Origin: an uncultured archaeon
Lineage (GTDB): Archaea; Iainarchaeota; Iainarchaeia; Iainarchaeales; GW2011-AR10
Direction of reading: 5' to 3'
Assembly (NCBI GenBank): GCA_964362395.1
Contig: CAYIER010000002.1
Location: 1-38,785 of the forward strand
DNA: 38,785 nt
Position numbers and translations under genes: made by a program. Below are positions 26,087 through 33,949 of the stretch, in pieces. How positions within the stretch are numbered: position 1 is the first letter of the stretch; every line of letters begins with the position of its first letter. Below the pieces are notes generated by a model. The model had not been told where the DNA came from. It was given only the letters and a program-made list of their open reading frames with translations, and made no database searches.

Positions 26087-26890
26087 CCATTTTCCCTCTA
26101 AAGCCTTTATCGCGTCCTCGCTCCACAAAGTGAGCCTTCCCGGGACAGCGCCCGGCGCAAGGAGCTTTGCATTGACGTTTTTCACATTCACAACCTCTAC
26201 ACCCTCAATGTTTCGCGCCGCCTTAAAAATCTTCGCCGAATCACTCACAACAATCAAAACACTCTTTGCCTTCTTGTACCGCCTTCCCCTCTTCTTTCCC
26301 TTTCCAGCCCTTCTCTTCCGCGCAGCCTTTGCCCTATCAACATCCAAAATCAACGAAAGCCTCTCAAGCGCCAAAACCACATTTTTTGTCCTGTCAAGCG
26401 CCTCGATTTTTTTCTCAACAATAACTGGAAAAACAAGTTTGTCCGAAATTTTGTGCCCCCTCTTTCGCACCAGTTCCGCAACCGCTGTCGCCGCAATCGC
26501 GCTTCTTGTCGCCTTCTGCTTTTCCTTGCGGTTAATCTTTTCCTTAAGGATTTTTTCAACCTTTGGCGGATGTGCCGCCGGGCCACCAACCGCCCAAGGA
26601 ACAAGCGCTACTTTTCCCGAAGAAATATATCTCCTGTTCCGCATCCTTGGCAGCCGTGCCTTTTCAATGTTGATTGTCCTGTGCATCTGCGGCTTTCGCC
26701 TTGCACCAATATAGCGCGCAGTGTAATTCCTTCCCGCGCTCTTCTTTGTTCCCTTTGGCTGCATTGCCGCGCTCTCAATTGACAACACGGCCCGCTTTAT
26801 CAGGTTTCCATCAATCGGCTCGCTGAAAACACCCGGCAGTTCAATTTCCCGGACTTTCTGCCCCTCAATGCTCAACACGCTTGCTTTCAT
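26084..26890 (-). CDS. rpl4: 50S ribosomal protein L4
   Basis: Typical archaeal L4 (...GRNYTARYIGARR..Q......GGPAAHPPK...) located between L3 and L23. Confidence 0.95.
   Translation of the reverse strand: MKASVLSIEGQKVREIELPGVFSEPIDGNLIKRAVLSIESAAMQPKGTKKSAGRNYTARYIGARRKPQMHRTINIEKARLPRMRNRRYISSGKVALVPWAVGGPAAHPPKVEKILKEKINRKEKQKATRSAIAATAVAELVRKRGHKISDKLVFPVIVEKKIEALDRTKNVVLALERLSLILDVDRAKAARKRRAGKGKKRGRRYKKAKSVLIVVSDSAKIFKAARNIEGVEVVNVKNVNAKLLAPGAVPGRLTLWSEDAIKALEGKW
26087..26118. repeat. Direct repeat, distal copy: the functional 3' end of L4 (..EDAIKALEGKW-TGA)
   Basis: See 25974-26005. Confidence 0.85.
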
Positions 26891-26907
26891 AAAAAATCAA
26901 CCGGATT

Positions 26908-26928
26908 ATTTTTTCCCGCCACCCATTG
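26908..26928. repeat. Direct repeat, proximal copy: relic of the L3 3' end (MGGGKK-TAA) 15 nt upstream of the L4 ATG
   Basis: attttttcccgccacccattg here versus 27018-27038 attttttcccgccgcccattg (20/21), 110 nt apart. Confidence 0.85.
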
Positions 26929-27017
26929 CGGCCGCGTGCAAAATCACGCGACACTTTTGTGCCATTTCGCTTTGCTCAATGGCAATGTCATTGCTCGCCA
27001 ATAATTTGTGACTGTTC
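26929..27017. repeat. Mosaic hairpin element, copy G (between L3 and L4)
   Basis: cgcgtg-caaaat-cacgcg (26933-26950), then acacttttg, then tgccatt-tcgctttgctc-aatggca (26960-26984). Bracketed by the 21-nt direct repeat. Confidence 0.85.
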
Positions 27018-28167
27018 ATTTTTTCCCGCCGCCCATTGTAGCTTCCTTTATTTCATCCGCAACGCTTTTCTTTTCAACCTTTGCCTCTTTCTTTACAACA
27101 ATCCGCTGTGCCCGGACTTCGTCTCCTGCAACCGCTTCCTTCTCCTTCCTCTTTACCCCAAGAACAGAAAGCTCCGCGACATTAAACAAACCCTTGTAAC
27201 CAACCCTGATCGGGTCCCTTAAAGCAACAGCCCTCTTTACCGGCCCAGGCGTGCTTCCGCCAAGCAAAATAAACTGGTTCTTTATCACACCATAGCCTTC
27301 AAAACCGTGCGGCACATTTATTTCCGCAGGATTATTTGAAATCCTCAAAAGCCTCTTGTTGAGTTCCGTCCTGGACTGATACCCCATCTGGCCAGGCCTT
27401 GCAACAAACCTCATAACCGTTGAAGGATTCCACGGCCCAATACTTCCAACAACCCTTCTCTTCTTTGCCTTTCGCCTGTGCATCTTTACACCAAACCTTT
27501 TGATGACACCGGTAAAGCCCTTTCCGGCATCCACTGCCTTCACGTCAACAAACTGTTTTTCCTCAAACACCTCGTTGACTGAAAGATCCTTGCCAAGCTT
27601 TTCCTTTGCAAACTTCCACTGGTCGGCAACGCTTCCGCCAACAAAAACCTCAAACACATCCGCCACCTTTTTCCCAAAACCAAGCAAACCCGGCCTAGTG
27701 CTGCACAAAAGCTTTACTTTAACGATTTTGTCAACCTGCTTTTCCAAATCAGAAACCGTAGCATAACTTTTTTCGCCCCCTTCTTTCCCGCCCTTTTTCT
27801 TATTGCTCTTTCTCTTAAAATCAGGGTGGCGCTTCCTGAAAAACTTGTCAGGCTTCTCAACAGTCGCTTCGCCCAAAACACGCAGCGCGCCCTGCTCTTT
27901 CGTATAAGCCCTAATGCCAAAAACAGACAGCGGAGGGCACTCAATAACCGTCAAAGGAATCACGACCTGTTGCCCAAAACTCGTGGCCTTCTCCTGCTTA
28001 TTAACCGCAACCGCATGAACCATCCCAGCCTTATAGCCGACAAAATTCAACGGCTTTGCTTTCTGCCTGGAAAGCACATTGTCTGACCTAAAAGTAGCCA
28101 GTTCCCTTGCAGCCCTCTTTCTTGGGTAAAATGCCAGTGAGCCAGACCTTGGCTTGTGCCGAGTCAT
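27016..28167 (-). CDS. rpl3: 50S ribosomal protein L3
   Basis: PR.GSLAFYPRKRA, F.GYKAGM.H and GKGF.GV.KR.G....RRK motifs. First gene of the L3-L4-L23-L2 cluster. Confidence 0.95.
   Translation of the reverse strand: MTRHKPRSGSLAFYPRKRAARELATFRSDNVLSRQKAKPLNFVGYKAGMVHAVAVNKQEKATSFGQQVVIPLTVIECPPLSVFGIRAYTKEQGALRVLGEATVEKPDKFFRKRHPDFKRKSNKKKGGKEGGEKSYATVSDLEKQVDKIVKVKLLCSTRPGLLGFGKKVADVFEVFVGGSVADQWKFAKEKLGKDLSVNEVFEEKQFVDVKAVDAGKGFTGVIKRFGVKMHRRKAKKRRVVGSIGPWNPSTVMRFVARPGQMGYQSRTELNKRLLRISNNPAEINVPHGFEGYGVIKNQFILLGGSTPGPVKRAVALRDPIRVGYKGLFNVAELSVLGVKRKEKEAVAGDEVRAQRIVVKKEAKVEKKSVADEIKEATMGGGKK
27018..27038. repeat. Direct repeat, distal copy: the functional 3' end of L3 (..ATMGGGKK-TGA)
   Basis: See 26908-26928. 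Confidence 0.85.
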
Positions 28168-28324
28168 TTACATACCACTTTCAAAAACCACTGAAAATGC
28201 ACACAGGCCGGCAAAACGCCAGCAAAAAAGGGGGGAACCTTTCAAAATGCTAAAAAAAGCCAAAAAACAGCTATTTTTTTTGCATTTATATCCTTAGAAG
28301 ATTTACTAAGGATACAGTGTGCTT

Positions 28325-28393
28325 CGCCGACAAAATTCGGCGGTGCTTTCCTGCCATTTCGCTTCGCTCAATGGCAATGCGCCTTGTAGGCGC
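28325..28393. repeat. Mosaic hairpin element, copy I (upstream of the L3 operon)
   Basis: cgccga-caaaat-tcggcg, then gtgctttcc, then tgccatt-tcgcttcgctc-aatggca, then gcgcct-tgt-aggcgc. Confidence 0.8.
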
Positions 28394-28604
28394 TTTTAAT
28401 ATAAATTATATGTAATTGCCCCATAAAAGGTATTTAAAGGTATTGTGGGGCAGGTTATAAATGGTTGCCCAAAAACAAATTTACGAAGGACATTAATTCG
28501 GGATAAGACAAAACCTAACTCCTGCAAAAAAGTATAAATATATGTTGGGGCTTAATATAAGTTGTTTATAATCATAAAAAATTTATTCATTAGTTGTGGT
28601 AGTT

Positions 28605-28829
28605 ATGGGTGCAGAGACTATTTTTGTGGATGTTGACTTAGCAAGAAACTTTAAAGCTTTAATTAGCCGTACCGATAATGTGACATTTAAGGATGATTCT
28701 GTTAAAAATAAGATTTTGAATACTGCGGATGATGATTTTTTGATGGTAACAAAAAAAATAGGCTCTACTTTAACACTACTTTCTGCGATAAAAGTAGACG
28801 ATGCACTTTTAAAAAGAATATTGGGCTAA
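28605..28829 (+). CDS. Hypothetical protein (74 aa) in the AT-rich island
   Basis: ATG about 25 nt downstream of an A/T-rich TATA-like stretch, so possibly leaderless. No motif recognised. Followed 9 nt later by the next ORF. Confidence 0.4.
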   Translation: MGAETIFVDVDLARNFKALISRTDNVTFKDDSVKNKILNTADDDFLMVTKKIGSTLTLLSAIKVDDALLKRILG

Positions 28830-28838
28830 TTTTATTAA

Positions 28839-29315
28839 ATGCCTAAATGTGCTTTTACAGAAAGGTTACTTATTGATTCCAGTTTTTATGAACAATTAAT
28901 AAAAAAAGCTGGATTTGGCCTGTTAACTAAATTAATGTATATTAATGCTAAATCCAAAGACTACCCAAGAGAACACAACGTCATGTCAGAAAAATGCTTT
29001 AATGACATAGTTTCTAATGAAAAAAAGCAAATTGAAAAAGAACAAGCTGTAAGTCTATTAAAAGCCTCATTTCGCCCAATAAATGAGCCAGCATCAATCG
29101 AGGCTATTGACAATGAATTCGAAAGGAACATAAAATTTGCCATAGAATTAGCCTCAAAAAGCCCTTTTAGAACTATAATTCTAACAAGCCAAGAGAATTT
29201 AGACAAATATGCTAAAAACCCCCACTATATGGGGGTAAAATCTATAGTTGTAAAAGCCAATCAAGATGCAATACAAACAATTGAAAGCATGTATAAAGAA
29301 ACCATTTTGACTTAA
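28839..29315 (+). CDS. Hypothetical protein (158 aa) in the AT-rich island
   Basis: A clean 158-aa ORF in a region with many stops in the other frames. No motif recognised. Confidence 0.45.
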   Translation: MPKCAFTERLLIDSSFYEQLIKKAGFGLLTKLMYINAKSKDYPREHNVMSEKCFNDIVSNEKKQIEKEQAVSLLKASFRPINEPASIEAIDNEFERNIKFAIELASKSPFRTIILTSQENLDKYAKNPHYMGVKSIVVKANQDAIQTIESMYKETILT

Positions 29316-29478
29316 ATACTTGAAACTTCAGACGTTCAAGATTCAGACTTTTTGTGCAACCGAAAATTTAGCAGGTTGAATTCCACCGAAAACTTGACAG
29401 AGCCTGTTGGGGCAAACCAGCTTTTTTTTATAAACAAATTTTTTAAAAAAAAAGAAAGGAAAGAAGTTCCAATTTTCA

Positions 29479-29574
29479 CTAGAACTTCAGGCCAAACGCC
29501 TTGAAAAATCCTTTTATGCTGAAATTCCAAGACCTTGCCTTGGCATTTTTTGCAATTTTTCTTTTCATAGCCAT
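29479..29574 (-). CDS. Candidate small basic protein (31 aa: MAMKRKIAKNAKARSWNFSIKGFFKAFGLKF)
   Basis: Own translation. A strong GAGGTGA Shine-Dalgarno sequence lies 7 nt upstream of the ATG, just downstream of the 606-aa surface protein gene. Confidence 0.25.
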   Translation of the reverse strand: MAMKRKIAKNAKARSWNFSIKGFFKAFGLKF

Positions 29575-29626
29575 TGTTGTTTCACCTCGCTTTTTGTTTG
29601 AAAGTCCTAATAAAGATTTTTAAGAT

Positions 29627-31447
29627 TCAGTTTGGTTTGCTTGTCACCCATGCTTCTGTGCCTCTGCTTTGGGCAGCAAAGCCAATGGATAAAACAAGCA
29701 CGGCGATAGCAGCGAATGCGGCAAAGGCAATCCCGATTGCAGTTGCGTTGCCTGCCAAAAGCGCAAAAGCGCTTGAAGCAAACCCGCCGCTCTGCACCGG
29801 CGCAATCTGTCCAGCCTGCTGCATCGGGAACTCTTTTTCAAAAACAACATTTCTTGCAACTGTTTTGCCGTCAAACTCCACTGTCAAAAGCGCGTTCACC
29901 GGCGACTCATTCACGCCGTTATCGGAAACAAAAAAATTGAAATACTTTGTCTCGCCCGCGCCAATGTTTAACACAAGCGGCGTGAAAGCAAACCCTTTTT
30001 TGGGATTAGAAATTTTCACCACTGCCTGTTTTGCGCTGTGCGAAGTGTTTGCCAAAGCGACTTCTATGTCCGCCTTGCCATTCAAAAACATTACCCTTGA
30101 AGAATAACTTGAAAATACAAGCCCGCCTTCCTGCAAGTCAATTGGCGGAATTGCCGGTGTGGGCGTGTTTTTTTTCATGAAAACTTTTGAATATTTTTCC
30201 TCAAGAAGCCTTGAGCCAGAAAAAATTGAATAATAAACAAGTTCTCCATCAACTGCCCCGTTTACTGAAACAGTCCGCGAAACAATGCCGTGCGAAGGGA
30301 CAACAACAACCGACGGGTAAACAATTGCATTTTCGCTTGAAGAAATTTTTACCAACAAATCGCTTCCAGATTTGTTGTCAAGGGAAATTTCCGCAAAACC
30401 CGCAGAGCCCTCTGTGCCAATCCTTATTGGAAAAACAAATCCGAAAGAAGGCGCCAAATTTGCCGTTTGCCCGCTTCCTTTCACAAAAACCAAAAAATCC
30501 TGTTCAACACTGCACTGTTTTCCGCCTTCAAAGTGCCCGATGGCCTTAACGCTAATGCTTTCAGTTGAGTCATTTTCAGCGCCAAAAGCGTCAACTGTAA
30601 CGCTCACGCGGCCTCTGTCGCCGCCAAGGATTTTTGCATCCAAAACATTCCCAAAAGCGTTGAATCCGCTATCGTTTTCCTTGACTGTGACAGCATCAAT
30701 GAAAAAATCCTCGCCGGCATTGTTTGTAACATACAGGCTTTTTGTCACGCTCTGGTTTGCCATTGTGTCAATTCCTGTGCCAACAAATCCAAGCACATTG
30801 CCGCAATTAATTTCTGCCAGACTCGCTGGAAAATTCAATGTGTTTGGCCTGCTTTCCGCAAATTCAAGAAAAGACTCTGTTGGGGTTACCTGCTGCCAGC
30901 CCTGATTTGAAGGCACAGCGGCACTCCCGCCAGCCGCCGGAGTTACAGTAATTGTTTTCTGCACAGTTCTAAGCGTGCTTTCGGTGTTCAAACTATTTTT
31001 AATGTTAGTTAAAGCCTCCGACTGCCTTTTTGCCTCGTCCGCTTTCGCTTGCGAATTCCTCACTTCTGCCAAGGGATAAATTTTTGCATGGCTTGCAATT
31101 GGCGGGAAAAAATAATTGTAATTGTAAAAAGCCGGATAAAATCCATCAACAAGTTCGCCATAAATGCTGTACTTTGGGTATAACACACTGGCAAGTGAAT
31201 AATCTACTAGTATTTCTTTTGCCAATGTGTTACTGTAAAGGTAACCAAACCTGTGGTTTTGCACATAGCCAGAATAAATCACGCCCGAAAACGGAAGCAG
31301 AGGCACAAGGCAGCCTGCGCCCCCGCAGGCTGAAAAGAAAGCATTGCCTGCTGCAAACGAATAAAAGAAACCGCCAGCACTTACTGTGGAAAGCAAAAAC
31401 ACCAAAGCCAAGCCTACGGATAACACGTTTTTGAAAAAAGCATCCAT
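29627..31447 (-). CDS. Large cell-surface protein (N-terminal signal/TM, beta-rich repeats, C-terminal TM anchor)
   Basis: The N-terminus MDAFFKNVLSVGLALVFLLSTVSA and the C-terminus ...GNATAIGIAFAAFAAIAVLVLSIGFAAQSRG are both hydrophobic. The body is Thr/Ser/Val/Asn rich. ATG at 31447 lies ~30 nt from a TATA-like ATTTAAAT. Confidence 0.7.
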   Translation of the reverse strand: MDAFFKNVLSVGLALVFLLSTVSAGGFFYSFAAGNAFFSACGGAGCLVPLLPFSGVIYSGYVQNHRFGYLYSNTLAKEILVDYSLASVLYPKYSIYGELVDGFYPAFYNYNYFFPPIASHAKIYPLAEVRNSQAKADEAKRQSEALTNIKNSLNTESTLRTVQKTITVTPAAGGSAAVPSNQGWQQVTPTESFLEFAESRPNTLNFPASLAEINCGNVLGFVGTGIDTMANQSVTKSLYVTNNAGEDFFIDAVTVKENDSGFNAFGNVLDAKILGGDRGRVSVTVDAFGAENDSTESISVKAIGHFEGGKQCSVEQDFLVFVKGSGQTANLAPSFGFVFPIRIGTEGSAGFAEISLDNKSGSDLLVKISSSENAIVYPSVVVVPSHGIVSRTVSVNGAVDGELVYYSIFSGSRLLEEKYSKVFMKKNTPTPAIPPIDLQEGGLVFSSYSSRVMFLNGKADIEVALANTSHSAKQAVVKISNPKKGFAFTPLVLNIGAGETKYFNFFVSDNGVNESPVNALLTVEFDGKTVARNVVFEKEFPMQQAGQIAPVQSGGFASSAFALLAGNATAIGIAFAAFAAIAVLVLSIGFAAQSRGTEAWVTSKPN

Positions 31448-31542
31448 TGTATACAAATTGCGGCACACCAAGTATTTAAATGTTACTTTTTAACGAGAAT
31501 TAGTGAATTGTATGTAAATTGTATGTAAAATCCGGCTGCTTC

Positions 31543-31635
31543 AACCGCAAAATCGGCACCAAATTGACAGTTGAATAATTATGACTAATTTCTTTTGCCA
31601 ATTTGGTGTGGCGCTTTCACCTGCTAAAGCGGGAC
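31543..31635. repeat. Mosaic hairpin element, copy F (upstream of the surface protein gene)
   Basis: aaccgcaaaatcgg, then the long hairpin caccaaattgaca-N26-tgccaatttggtg, then a degenerate terminal hairpin. Close paralog of copy E. Confidence 0.85.
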
Positions 31636-31646
31636 TGCTAAAGGAG

Positions 31647-31658
31647 ATTTTATTAAAA
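31647..31658 (+). promoter_or_regulatory. TATA-like box about 30 nt upstream of 93-nt repeat copy 2
   Basis: ATTTTATTAAAA. The same spacing to the repeat start is seen at copy 1. Confidence 0.3.
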
Positions 31659-31683
31659 CGCCCAAAATGGCTGCGTGTGCATC

Positions 31684-31776
31684 TATAGCAAACTGCTTAT
31701 ATTTTTGAACATTTTATGGCAGTTTGCCATATGCAAAGAGCAATTAAAAGTTCAATTATTTATGCTCTTTGCTATA
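31684..31776 (+). repeat. 93-nt double-hairpin repeat, copy 2
   Basis: 92/93 identical to 6532-6624. The single difference is at 31728. Confidence 0.9.
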
Positions 31777-31816
31777 ATTTGCGGAGCCAATTTGTGGCAG
31801 CATTTTTTCAGTCATG

Positions 31817-31825
31817 TTTTTATAT
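31817..31825 (+). promoter_or_regulatory. TATA-like box ~25 nt upstream of ATG 31848 (candidate leaderless promoter)
   Basis: TTTTATATT, spaced from the ATG as expected for a leaderless archaeal mRNA. Confidence 0.3.
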
Positions 31826-31847
31826 TGCGGCAGCTTATTTTGTACTG

Positions 31848-32339
31848 ATGCCGCCAAGAAAATTTTCCAGCCCAGGCGGGCAAAGGCAACCAAAAAAGAG
31901 GGTGTCAATAAAGTCACAAATGTTGCAAATTTTTGAACTAGTCAATTCAGGCATTGTCGATGTAAATGTCCTGATAGAGCGAACAGGGGCAAAAAAAGCC
32001 ACCATAACCAAAGCTTTAAATGAAATGCGCGATAAACAACCTAAACGCAAATCTCCTGCGGAAGATTTTTTGGAGGGAAAGATTAGCGAATTAAAAGCAA
32101 AGCACAGGACAATGCCGCCCCGCAAAGTTGCCCAAAAATACCAAGCTGTGCTGTTAAAAATTTCTTACTTAAACCAAAAAAAAGCGATGGCTTTTGCAAA
32201 CGGCAATGCCGCGGCAGCACAAAAAATTGCATTAACTGCAAGGCCATGGCTTCTTTTGCAGCGGGCTCTTGAAGGTGTGCTTCCGCCGGGCGAAATACTG
32301 CAAGCCAAACATTTAGTGGAAAAAAAATTGCTTGAATAA
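31848..32339 (+). CDS. Hypothetical DNA-binding protein (putative winged-helix/HTH), 163 aa
   Basis: QMLQIFELVNSGIVDVNVLIERTGAKKATITKALNEM resembles an HTH. The start is inferred at MPPRK because the upstream part of ORF 31716 is repeat sequence. Confidence 0.5.
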   Translation: MPPRKFSSPGGQRQPKKRVSIKSQMLQIFELVNSGIVDVNVLIERTGAKKATITKALNEMRDKQPKRKSPAEDFLEGKISELKAKHRTMPPRKVAQKYQAVLLKISYLNQKKAMAFANGNAAAAQKIALTARPWLLLQRALEGVLPPGEILQAKHLVEKKLLE

Positions 32340-32344
32340 ATCTT

Positions 32345-33799
32345 TTACCCTTTAATATTCCCAATCGGCCGCAGCCCAGCCACTTTTTTGCTTATCCCAA
32401 GGTTATGCATTGTGTCCACGACCTCGCTGATGCTCTTGTACGCGCCGCCTGCCTCTTCAGCCAGGCCATCTTTTGACGCGGCCTTCACTATTATCCCTTT
32501 TTTTTCCATTGACTTTTGCAGCGAATCCGCCGAAAACAGCTTCTTTGCCTTCTCTCTGCTCATTGTCCGCCCGCTCCCGTGCATTGTCGAGCCAAAAGTA
32601 TCTGCCATTGCCTTTTGTGTCCCAACGCACAAAAAGCTGCCTGTCTCCATGCTGCCACCAACTATAACCGGCTGCCCAACCTCTTTGAAAACACCCTGCA
32701 ATTCAGCGTGCCCCGGCGGAAAACTCCGCGTCGCGCCCTTTCTATGCACAATCAGTTCCTTCATAACTCCGTCCACTTTGTGCTTTTCCACTTTTGCAAT
32801 GTTGTGCGCAACATCATACACCAAATCCATTCCAAGGCTCTCAGCGCTCTGCGAAAACACCTGCGAAAAACTTTCCCGAATCCTATGCATTATGACCTGC
32901 CTGTTCACAAACGCGCTGTTTGCAGCGCAAACCATTGCCGCATAATAATCCGCGCCCTCTTTGCTCCTGTACGGAACGCACGCAAGCTGCCGGTCCTTTA
33001 CCTCTATTTTGTATTTTTTCATTGCCGGCTCAAAAATGCCAAGGTAATCGGTTGCAGTCTGGTGGCCAAAGCCACGCGAACCGCAATGCACCATTATTAC
33101 GACCTGTTGGGGCAGCGCAATTCCAAGCGCTTTTGCTGTTTTTTTGTCAAAAACCGCGCTCTCATCTGCGACCTGTATTTCAAGGTAATGGTTCCCGCTG
33201 CCAAGCGTCCCAATCTGGCTAATGCCCCTCTCAATCGCCTTTTTTGTCACCTTGCCGGAATCCGCCCCCTTGATGCAGCCATGCTCTTCAATTGCCTTCA
33301 AATCCTTTTCCCAGCCAAAGCCCTTTTCCACGCACCACTTTGCGCCAATCTCAGTCATTTCGCGGAATTCTTTTTCACTTATTTTTATAAAACCCTTTCT
33401 TCCAACGCCAACTGGCACTTTGTCAAAAAGCAAATTTACAAGCTGTCTTAATTTTGGTTGTACCTCTTTAAATGTAAGGTTAGTGGTGACTAGACGCATC
33501 CCACAATTTACGTCAAAACCTACGATTCCAGGGCTTATTACGCCTTCCTCCAAATCAAAAGCCGCAACGCCTCCGACCGGGCTTCCATAACCCCAGTGCG
33601 CGTCTGGCATCGCCATTGCATACTTTTGTATCCCTGGCATGCACGCCATGTTTGTGGCCTGCTCAAAAACGCCTTCATCCATTTCGCGGAACAATTTGTC
33701 TGAAGCAAAAATCCTTGCAGGAACCCTCATGCCTTCCTTTTCAGTAGGCGGGATTTCCCAGATGTACTCCGAAACCTTGTCTGCCTTGAATTTTCCCAT
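32345..33799 (-). CDS. rtcB: RNA-splicing ligase RtcB (tRNA ligase)
   Basis: MPDAHWGYG, GFDVNCGMRL, GSGNHYLE, HCGSRGFGHQ and HGSGR motifs. GGAGGTGA Shine-Dalgarno sequence upstream. Confidence 0.95.
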   Translation of the reverse strand: MGKFKADKVSEYIWEIPPTEKEGMRVPARIFASDKLFREMDEGVFEQATNMACMPGIQKYAMAMPDAHWGYGSPVGGVAAFDLEEGVISPGIVGFDVNCGMRLVTTNLTFKEVQPKLRQLVNLLFDKVPVGVGRKGFIKISEKEFREMTEIGAKWCVEKGFGWEKDLKAIEEHGCIKGADSGKVTKKAIERGISQIGTLGSGNHYLEIQVADESAVFDKKTAKALGIALPQQVVIMVHCGSRGFGHQTATDYLGIFEPAMKKYKIEVKDRQLACVPYRSKEGADYYAAMVCAANSAFVNRQVIMHRIRESFSQVFSQSAESLGMDLVYDVAHNIAKVEKHKVDGVMKELIVHRKGATRSFPPGHAELQGVFKEVGQPVIVGGSMETGSFLCVGTQKAMADTFGSTMHGSGRTMSREKAKKLFSADSLQKSMEKKGIIVKAASKDGLAEEAGGAYKSISEVVDTMHNLGISKKVAGLRPIGNIKG

Positions 33800-33949
33800 T
33801 TTGCTTTTTCACCTCCCCTTGCACCGGAAACCCGGTGTGTCTCTTTAAATGGATTTTTAACCCACTTTCAACAAAAACTATCTGTGCAAACAATTAAAAC
33901 CATTAATCCCAATTTGGCTTCTTTGCATGGCTACCTTTGTGCAGATAGC

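Noticed and set aside
29336-29530. 64-aa minus-strand ORF downstream of the surface protein gene
   Set aside because: It has no initiation signal. It overlaps, in a different frame, the better-supported 31-aa SD-preceded ORF, and it runs through an A/T homopolymer-rich stretch.
31506-31527. Tandem 11-nt duplication aattgtatgta x2 upstream of the surface protein gene
   Set aside because: It is real in the sequence, but with only two units in an A/T-rich promoter region it is probably slippage. No further significance can be supported.
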